IMG/VR virus record: IMGVR_UViG_3300025012_000026
Location: 124,001 to 188,000 of that record
Length of the DNA: 64,000 nt
Direction: 5' to 3' (one strand)
Shown here: one piece after another, positions 54,305 to 61,457 of the stretch
Position numbering within the stretch: the first letter of the stretch is position 1
Layout of the letters: the number at the start of each line of letters is the position of its first letter
Program-made: the position numbers and the translations under genes
Notes under the pieces: generated by a model
Seen by the model: the letters and a program-made list of their open reading frames with translations, nothing else
The model's database searches: none
What the model was told of the DNA's origin: nothing

Positions 54305-55129
54305 TCATGCATAAGCCACCTGTTGCCCTACACTAGTATAATTATTTTCTTGTATATTCTGTCTGATTGGTTTAACTTTATTTAGATTTTTCAAAGTCTC
54401 TATTGCTTCCTCTTCGTTTACATGTAATTCTAAAATACCCTCAGATTTCATAAGGGCAATTTCAACTTTCAACATTATATTTGAAGGACATTCAGCGACT
54501 TTTTGAAATACTCCATTCTTTCCTATTAATCTTCTTTTTGATATTGTGTTTGGTAATTCACAACATATAATAGAGTCCTGTGGGATATTACATTCTTTAC
54601 TGCTTGCGAAAACGTGAGTCGGCATCTTAGCTTTGGATCTAGTTGTCATCGCTATGACAATAGAGTTGCTAGAGCAAGCATTCCCCTTATTATTTTGCAC
54701 CACAAGCACCATTCTTGGGCCGCCTACTTCACTATCTATCCCTTTGTCACCAAAGTCTGCGAAACAAAAATCTCCTCTTCTGACACGAATATTTTTTATT
54801 TGCTCTAAATCATTATTTGCATATAAAGAGTATCCACATGCTATTTTTAGATCCTGCAACGAAACCCTACCTTCTGAATTATTTGCGAAAACATTGAGGG
54901 TTTGAACGTTCGGATAAACATTTATTTTTTCACGAACGATAAGTTCTATGTACCCTCCTTCAATTTTGCAGTCTGCTCCAAAATTATTGATTGTCCTATG
55001 GGTTCCTTTAGCAAGCATAATTAAACTAGCTAGTTTCTTAAAATCCTTTTTGGCATTTACCTCAGTGTTGGTGGTATTAGTTGATTTGGCAAATAATTTG
55101 TTGAACATAATAATGCACATCCTTTTCAT
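54305..55129 (-). CDS. XRE-type HTH - MazF/PemK endoribonuclease fusion
   Basis: N-term L..AKG..RTIN.F...C.I...YI......P....L..FA....G.VS...L..ACGY (XRE HTH); C-term RRGD..FAD.G....SE.GG.R..LVVQN..GN..S....IAMTT...K.PTH...DS.I.CE...TISK.RL (MazF); probable start MFNKLF at 55108. Confidence 0.85.
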   Translation of the reverse strand: MKRMCIIMFNKLFAKSTNTTNTEVNAKKDFKKLASLIMLAKGTHRTINNFGADCKIEGGYIELIVREKINVYPNVQTLNVFANNSEGRVSLQDLKIACGYSLYANNDLEQIKNIRVRRGDFCFADFGDKGIDSEVGGPRMVLVVQNNKGNACSSNSIVIAMTTRSKAKMPTHVFASSKECNIPQDSIICCELPNTISKRRLIGKNGVFQKVAECPSNIMLKVEIALMKSEGILELHVNEEEAIETLKNLNKVKPIRQNIQENNYTSVGQQVAYA

Positions 55130-55132
55130 ATT

Positions 55133-55201
55133 TAATAAGATATAAAATAATTTTCTTTAACTGATAGTATAATTATATCTTATTATGTATGGATATGTCA
55201 A
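55133..55201 (-). promoter_or_regulatory. promoter of the HTH-mazF/agrB/sensor-B operon with overlapping inverted repeat (candidate operator)
   Basis: TTGACA(55196-201)-18-TATAAT; 13-bp perfect IR TAATAAGATATAA (55133-45) / TTATATCTTATTA (55173-85). Confidence 0.7.
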
Positions 55202-55240
55202 CATAATTATTTTCAATTGTCTATTAATTTATATTATGGT

Positions 55241-55270
55241 TATAGGAGAGAACCGAAGTCCTCTCCTATA
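55241..55270 (-). terminator. UUCG-tetraloop stem-loop after agrD
   Basis: minus strand TATAGGAGAGGAC-TTCG-GTTCTCTCCTATA; no poly-U tail. Confidence 0.65.
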
Positions 55271-55287
55271 TGTAAAAGTGATTAAAA

Positions 55288-55407
55288 TTATTTATTTAGA
55301 CATTTAGGATCTTTTGGTTGATAAGAAAACGCCCAAGAAGCCATATTTGATGTAAATAGTGCTAACATAGATACTAATCCAGCAAGAACAATATATACTT
55401 TCTTCAT
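55288..55407 (-). CDS. agrD: AgrD cyclic (thio)lactone autoinducer propeptide, 39 aa, missing from the ORF track
   Basis: MKKVYIVLAGLVSMLALFTSNMA-SWAFS-YQPKDPKCLNK; RBS AAAGGAGGTG; amphipathic leader and clostridial (H/Y)QPxxPxxL tail. Confidence 0.9.
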   Translation of the reverse strand: MKKVYIVLAGLVSMLALFTSNMASWAFSYQPKDPKCLNK

Positions 55408-55462
55408 GTTAATGTCACCTCCTTTCCAAGAATTTATTTATATAACAAATGCCTTAATCATC

Positions 55463-56272
55463 TTAATCAATAAGATTTTCTTGCGTTTGCTGTATACGTT
55501 TTTCTATACCGACTACACAATTTATCATATACCACAACACCATAAGAAATATAGTTGGTAGACTTAGAATGAATCCTATTGATAATATTTGTTCCCAAAT
55601 TGGCAATGTGCTTAAGATATTATTATATCCTATCAATTTCACAACATAAATTGTAAATAGTGTTAAGAAAGATATTATAAAAATTATCATATTGGTTAAT
55701 GGTTTATTTTTGAACACTAAATTGTACAATTTGATATTTACTTGTTCATTCATCTTAACTATAAAAAATATTATTATTGAGAATTCTAAAATTCTAGAAG
55801 GAATTACTAGTAAAAACATATAAGAAATATTTTGATTAAAATATTCATAAGGAATTTTTAACAATGAAAACGTTAGTGGCATATAAGCTAATTCAATTAA
55901 ACTGACTATTATTAGAGTAATCATTGAGTAAACTATGGTTTTAAATATTAGTTTATTTTCTTGAGTTATTTCAGTAATTCTTATTATGTAAATAATCGCC
56001 AACCAAAATATTATTAATGAGATTATTGATGTTAATAATTTAGGCAAAATTATAATATACTTAAAAATACTTATACACATTGCCATCAGCAATGAAGGTA
56101 TTATAATCCACTTAATATTTATTCTCCACATTCTTATGTCAAGTAAATCAAATCTTTTGAACAATATTAATGTCATACATGTTACAAATATTTCTTCAGG
56201 TAAGGATATAAGAACCATGTTCAATAAAGCATTTGTTACACCTTGCATATGTATTACCTCTTTCTTATTCAT
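55463..56272 (-). CDS. polytopic membrane protein A, AgrC-sensor-like without kinase domain
   Basis: about 7 TM segments; paralog of 52817-53638; directly upstream of agrD; probable start MQGVTN at 56248. Confidence 0.7.
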   Translation of the reverse strand: MNKKEVIHMQGVTNALLNMVLISLPEEIFVTCMTLILFKRFDLLDIRMWRINIKWIIIPSLLMAMCISIFKYIIILPKLLTSIISLIIFWLAIIYIIRITEITQENKLIFKTIVYSMITLIIVSLIELAYMPLTFSLLKIPYEYFNQNISYMFLLVIPSRILEFSIIIFFIVKMNEQVNIKLYNLVFKNKPLTNMIIFIISFLTLFTIYVVKLIGYNNILSTLPIWEQILSIGFILSLPTIFLMVLWYMINCVVGIEKRIQQTQENLID

Positions 56273-56288
56273 TTCTTAACCTGTAATA

Positions 56289-56317
56289 AGTATACCATAA
56301 GACAAGGTGTAACGCAA
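56289..56317 (-). promoter_or_regulatory. promoter of sensor-A/agrD
   Basis: TTGCGT-17-TATACT with TG extended -10. Confidence 0.55.
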
Positions 56318-56329
56318 GTATTATTTTAT

Positions 56330-56941
56330 TTATTGATTCATATATACCTTATTAATTTCTTTGACTGAACAGTAAACTATTATAAAAGCAAATATTCTTA
56401 TTAAAATATCACCAATACTCCAAATTGACATACCAAATATATCAAATATATCGGACAAAAATATTAGATTTGTCATATGATCACCTAAAACATGAAAATC
56501 ATTAAACTTAGAAGCATTCATAATCATATCATACTGAGTGTAACCAGTTGAATAAGATACATCTGGGAAAATAGGCATCATCCCATGATTAAAGTACATT
56601 ACAATATAATTCAATACAAATCCACACAAGAGACTACAACAAGCGATAATATACTCTTTATACTTCTCATGCCTAAATAGAACATCAAGTCCTAGAATCA
56701 TATATGATCCTAATATAGCATTCTTTATTATGTGTTGATATTGAAGAAAGTAGTAATTTTGATTCATTATTGTATATTGTAGATAGATGTAAAATATAGA
56801 CATTAATATAACTGGATAGATACTCCATCTTTTTAGTATTGGTTTTATATTGTATGATTCTTTATGTATTTGGAATTTTCCTAGTTTTATGTAAAGATAT
56901 ATTTTAGAGAATATGAGCGATGCTATTAGTGTCTCGACCAT
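56330..56941 (-). CDS. DUF5317-family membrane protein
   Basis: LNYIVM..NHGMMPI...H......T.L.FLSDI.......SIGDI pattern; multi-TM. Confidence 0.7.
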   Translation of the reverse strand: MVETLIASLIFSKIYLYIKLGKFQIHKESYNIKPILKRWSIYPVILMSIFYIYLQYTIMNQNYYFLQYQHIIKNAILGSYMILGLDVLFRHEKYKEYIIACCSLLCGFVLNYIVMYFNHGMMPIFPDVSYSTGYTQYDMIMNASKFNDFHVLGDHMTNLIFLSDIFDIFGMSIWSIGDILIRIFAFIIVYCSVKEINKVYMNQ

Positions 56942-57001
56942 TTATTGTATTATCTCCTTTGTATTATTTTGTAATAATTTATTTATTTACAATCATGTAT
57001 T

Positions 57002-58738
57002 CTACGGAGGTTTATTATTTTGATCTTTAATCATATTCTCATAATCTACTAAATACATCCATTTAAGTAATTCACCAGTCTCAAGATCTTTACCACATGT
57101 TTTTTGTTTATTTTTGCAACATCTTCCAATTCCGACACGATTTATATTATATTCTTTTGATGCGTTTGCAATAGAATTGAATACTTTGTTTGTTGTCAAA
57201 CATATTATCTTCATATCTCTTGAACTATGTAGTATATACTTTATTTCTTGTTTATCTTTAAAAATATATTCTTCGTAATACATCCAAACCATCTTTTCCC
57301 CTGTTTCGGGATGTTTTCCTGCCGATTTTTGTATACCTAAACAACATGATGAAATATCACTATTCCTTATATTATACTTACTTGTTGCATCAGTTATAGA
57401 ATTAAAAATTTCATTAGTTGTTAAACAAACAACTTTTGTTTGCATTACTTCTTTAGTATCATAATCACACCACCCCAATTCTACACCTTGTTTTAAATAT
57501 CTAGAAACTGTAGAGGTATGAACCTTTATTATATCTGCTATTTCTACAGTCCTTTTAATTCCACTATTCCATAAATTACATGAAATTTTAACTAAACTTG
57601 AACATCCAGCCTCATGACACTTCAACCAATCTATATCTTTTTCTTTAAAATTAAGTAATATGGGCAATCTAGACCTCATTATGCTATTCTTTATCCACTC
57701 TAACTCAGACTTTCTACAATCGATTATTATGTAATTATTAATATTGTTTGTTCTCGCTAACCACTCTTTATCAAAATCATTTTCCTGAACTTCTGCTAAT
57801 GAAACTTTCCAATTACCTGTTATTTCTTCATAATGCTGAATTCCTTGAATTTCAATGACAATTTTATCTAATTTTTCTATGTAAAAATCATATCTGTATC
57901 CACCACACCATTTAAAAGTTATTTTACTCAATTGAGATTTAAAATTTAGATGTAATTGTTCTAAAAAAGATAGAAAGAACTTCTCTGGATAACTCACACC
58001 ATCGGAACATCTAGGGCAAGCAAATCCATGTACTACTAAGGTGCTAAAATTTAAATTTTTATCATATCCACAATCTGGACATTTCATAGGTATTTTTGGA
58101 TTTGATCCAAAAGAATGTTTATTTGCATCTTCTTTATTTACCAAATACTTAATTAAATGTGGATGAGTTGTCACAACCATATTACACATATTGCAATCAA
58201 GACTTCCATTTTGTCCATTTGTAAAACTACTAATACTTTTTAATTCACTTTCATGTTCTGGATGTTCTAAACACTTAAACCAATAACCTTTTTTATTAAA
58301 ACCTGCGGAACTAAAGCTTACATCATTAGGGCTTAATACTTTCCCATTTTTTATATTTTTTGCATCATCCCATCTAGATAATATCCAATCTGCCAATTCT
58401 TTAGGGAGATTATCGTAACACCATTGATAAAAAGATTTACTATTTTTTAATTTTGTAATTCTTCCATTTTCACTCACAAACAGTTTTATGGCACATTTTA
58501 TACAATAATATTTTTCACCCTCATGTCTTAAATCTATATAATGTCGCCATATGACATTTTTTATAATTTCTCCGCAACCATCACACTGAATATCGACTAA
58601 TGCGTGTGAACTATGAGGTAAATCCTCTACTTTCACTTCGAATTCATTGCCCATTTTTGTAAAGATATAATCTCTTTGTTCATAATATTTTTTAATACTT
58701 GCATTCCATTTCATTTTTACGGTTTTAGTTATTAACAA
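57002..58738 (-). CDS. homing-endonuclease-like protein (Zn-ribbons + DUF559/Vsr-like nuclease + NUMOD1 repeats)
   Basis: several CxxC ribbons; S.PE...YDFYI...IEIQGIQHY; C-terminal KVVCLTT..F.SI..A repeats and KSAGKHP.TGE..W shared with 34290-35495. Confidence 0.8.
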   Translation of the reverse strand: MLITKTVKMKWNASIKKYYEQRDYIFTKMGNEFEVKVEDLPHSSHALVDIQCDGCGEIIKNVIWRHYIDLRHEGEKYYCIKCAIKLFVSENGRITKLKNSKSFYQWCYDNLPKELADWILSRWDDAKNIKNGKVLSPNDVSFSSAGFNKKGYWFKCLEHPEHESELKSISSFTNGQNGSLDCNMCNMVVTTHPHLIKYLVNKEDANKHSFGSNPKIPMKCPDCGYDKNLNFSTLVVHGFACPRCSDGVSYPEKFFLSFLEQLHLNFKSQLSKITFKWCGGYRYDFYIEKLDKIVIEIQGIQHYEEITGNWKVSLAEVQENDFDKEWLARTNNINNYIIIDCRKSELEWIKNSIMRSRLPILLNFKEKDIDWLKCHEAGCSSLVKISCNLWNSGIKRTVEIADIIKVHTSTVSRYLKQGVELGWCDYDTKEVMQTKVVCLTTNEIFNSITDATSKYNIRNSDISSCCLGIQKSAGKHPETGEKMVWMYYEEYIFKDKQEIKYILHSSRDMKIICLTTNKVFNSIANASKEYNINRVGIGRCCKNKQKTCGKDLETGELLKWMYLVDYENMIKDQNNKPP

Positions 58739-58805
58739 TTAGCAACACCTTTTTGCCAATTGTTAATAACTTTATATTTTTCAATAAACATCCTTCTCCT
58801 TTTAT

Positions 58806-59228
58806 TTATGCATACACAATATTCTTATCTTTCTGACCTATTGAGAATTGAATAAGTATACCTTGATTTATACGTTCCATAGTTTCAGAATTACAATATC
58901 CAACTTTCTTCAAAAATATATCTTCATTTTTGTTAACTAACATAACTTGTTCACAGAGAGCAATAGAATCTCTTAATAGTCCTGAAGAGTTTTTATTTAT
59001 GCTTTTGTGAGTTGGTAATTTTGACTTCGTGCCGATAGAACTAATTGGACATATATGCACAACTGGACTGTAGCGATTTGCCATATTATTACTTACAATT
59101 ATGCATGGACGCAATTTTCCTTGGATAGATCCCTTGCCTTCTCCTAGATCAACTAACCATATCTCTCCTCGATTAAATTGTTGTGGTTGTTGAACATTAT
59201 TTATTACATTTTGCATAATAATTATCAC
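58806..59228 (-). CDS. mazF: MazF/PemK (NdoA-like) endoribonuclease with no adjacent antitoxin
   Basis: RGEIWLVDLG...GS.QG..RPCIIVSN...NRYSP....PISS...KLPTH...GL.RDS.AL.EQ. Confidence 0.9.
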   Translation of the reverse strand: MIIIMQNVINNVQQPQQFNRGEIWLVDLGEGKGSIQGKLRPCIIVSNNMANRYSPVVHICPISSIGTKSKLPTHKSINKNSSGLLRDSIALCEQVMLVNKNEDIFLKKVGYCNSETMERINQGILIQFSIGQKDKNIVYA

Positions 59229-59340
59229 TCCTTCTTATTTAACCTTGTGATAATTATTATTCCCCACAGCTTGGATAATATACGTTGTCCAACAAAACTT
59301 TTATTTCTACATTCTAATCACCCCCTTACATTCTAATACT

Positions 59341-59611
59341 TTACCACCATAAACTAGGCAAACACAATGCAAATATATTAACTATATCTTCTACTTTTTC
59401 TTTCTGCTCGTCAGTCCTTTTCATTGTACATAGATAATCTTTCATATAACCATAGTTTAAATGTGAAGTCCATTGACCAAGTTTCTTTTTCATCAAAACC
59501 ATATATTTCTCTTTCTTTAATCCATCGTTCTTGCCTTGAATCATCTTTATTCCAACCTTGAGGAGTATTGTCTTCTAATATACCAAGGTCTTTAAGATAT
59601 TTACCTAACAT
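59341..59611 (-). pseudogene. probable internally deleted or frameshifted phage gene
   Basis: N-part ...GFDEKETWSMD..F..WLYERL.MY.E ends at 59411; a plausible C-terminus (...FALCLPSLWW) lies in another frame ending at 59341. Confidence 0.45.
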
Positions 59612-60318
59612 TTATTTTCCTCCTCTAACCCCTTAAATGCCATAATAGCAACCTCTAATTGTTCCACACTTGGTTCCTTTGTGAAAATATATTTCTGCAA
59701 TAAACTTCCTACAAAATAAATTGGCTTAACAAACCACTTAATAATCCTATTATCAGATCTCATTACTTCATATGTAATTCCCCATCCTAATAACATTGCT
59801 CCAGAATGAACTAATGAAACTAATAATCCACTAATTATAATTAATCCAATATACAAATTAGTTCCACAATTATCATTTACACAACTTTGATTCATTGATG
59901 TTTCAATCGACACTTTACCATTTATTTCGTAATCATTTACCACTTTATGTTCTGCTCCATGATAATATTTCGTTTTACTACATTTATTAAATAACAACAT
60001 AAAAATAGGCAATATAATGAAATTATGATAGTTACTGTTTTGTAGACTGCTTGGTTCAAAATTGTATAGACCATAAGAATAAATAAGACTTAGTGCCAAT
60101 AATAACAAACCAAATTTTGTAAAAATTAATTTTAATATAATCCAATATGCTCTAGCAAAAGGTATTCTGTAAAGAAAATTCTCTAAAATATTTTGCTTAT
60201 CATCTTTGAGTATTTTATTTACAATAATATTATTGCCTTTTCTTATTGCTGTTGAAGTATGAGTTTCTGATTCAAACATTACATTATTGTATCCTGCTCT
60301 ACCACCTAGTAAATTCAT
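59605..60318 (-). CDS. DUF1385 (YqhQ-like) membrane metal-binding protein
   Basis: GGRA....VMF, IPF.R, YHGAEHKV, CGTN and LQKY..TKEP...QLEVA motifs. Confidence 0.85.
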   Translation of the reverse strand: MNLLGGRAGYNNVMFESETHTSTAIRKGNNIIVNKILKDDKQNILENFLYRIPFARAYWIILKLIFTKFGLLLLALSLIYSYGLYNFEPSSLQNSNYHNFIILPIFMLLFNKCSKTKYYHGAEHKVVNDYEINGKVSIETSMNQSCVNDNCGTNLYIGLIIISGLLVSLVHSGAMLLGWGITYEVMRSDNRIIKWFVKPIYFVGSLLQKYIFTKEPSVEQLEVAIMAFKGLEEENKC

Positions 60319-60832
60319 ATTCTATCCACCTCAAATCCCCTTAATATCATTCGGAATCCCAAATTCCCACTTATCACAACCTACAACCGGATAAATCTTA
60401 ATTATAAACCCATGTTGTACATTCATTTGCTCTCCTACTCTGCAATATTGTAATCTCCCATCTCTCATTCTAGCATTTTTACAAGTCAAACAAGTTTTAT
60501 TTATCACATTATAATCACAAACTTTTTCATGGATTTCCATTTCTTCTTTTGGGAGTAACATAGTACAGAAATCACATTTGAATATTGGTTTCATATTTAA
60601 TCACTCTCCTTTCTTTAATACAACAAGACAAAAGACTTGTTCTAAACCAACAACTTCTTTAATTCATGTTCAAAATAAAATGTTGCAGGATTTTCAATTA
60701 TAGTATAAGTATATCTAGCTTGTTTCAGTGTATAACCCCATTCATTTACCGTGACAATTTTACCATCTAATAATACTTTTTCTCCATCTTGAAATTTTGG
60801 ATTAAATTCATTAATCAATTTAATTCTCCTTT

Positions 60833-61285
60833 CTACTCAAACATTTTAACAGTATTCTTAAATATCCCTGCCATATCACAAGAATAACCAAATCTATCAT
60901 GATTTTTATCAATATCAATAAGAATATTTCCATCATTGTGTCTTAATGACGATGCTTTCCAATCACAAACCATTTCAATTAAATCTACTAAATCCATATC
61001 TTTAATTCCATTAGGCCAATGTTGGGGGTGATGTCTATTTTTTGCATAATGATGATCTAATGCTTCTTTAAGTTCTTCAAGAGTCTTTTTATCTTCTTCG
61101 CTTCCATAGGTGCAACCAGCCAATTTTGAATTATGTTGAGCAAAAATATCTGCTTCAAAGTCCTCTAGTTTTGAATTATCATGATTGATTGCTCTTTCAC
61201 CTAATTTCTGGATAACTTTATTCATAAACTTATTGACCAATTGCTTATGTTTGTATGTGTCACACATTGTTTCATATTTTGTCAT
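60833..61285 (-). CDS. HD-like protein (DUF5662-type)
   Basis: H...V...RA..HDNSKL...HHY..NRHHP.H...DL.EM.CDW. Confidence 0.7.
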   Translation of the reverse strand: MTKYETMCDTYKHKQLVNKFMNKVIQKLGERAINHDNSKLEDFEADIFAQHNSKLAGCTYGSEEDKKTLEELKEALDHHYAKNRHHPQHWPNGIKDMDLVDLIEMVCDWKASSLRHNDGNILIDIDKNHDRFGYSCDMAGIFKNTVKMFE

Positions 61286-61457
61286 TATTTATTTTCCTCC
61301 CAATGCACAAGCAAAAAATATTCCAATCCACATTATGAAAAACCAAGCAACAGGACTTTGAGGTAAAATATTAATCGTAATATGCTTTGCTTCTTTATTA
61401 TTCTCACACATAATTAAACACTCCTATTCCGATCAAACTATTCTTTGAATTGATAAC

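Noticed and set aside
52817-56272. Complete AgrC/AgrA two-component system
   Set aside because: No H-box or GHKL domain follows either membrane protein, and no LytTR regulator is present in the window.
50240-59228. Arbitrium aimR/aimP
   Set aside because: No HTH-TPR receptor of about 380 aa is present; the small peptide has an AgrD tail, not an AimP-type C-terminal hexapeptide.
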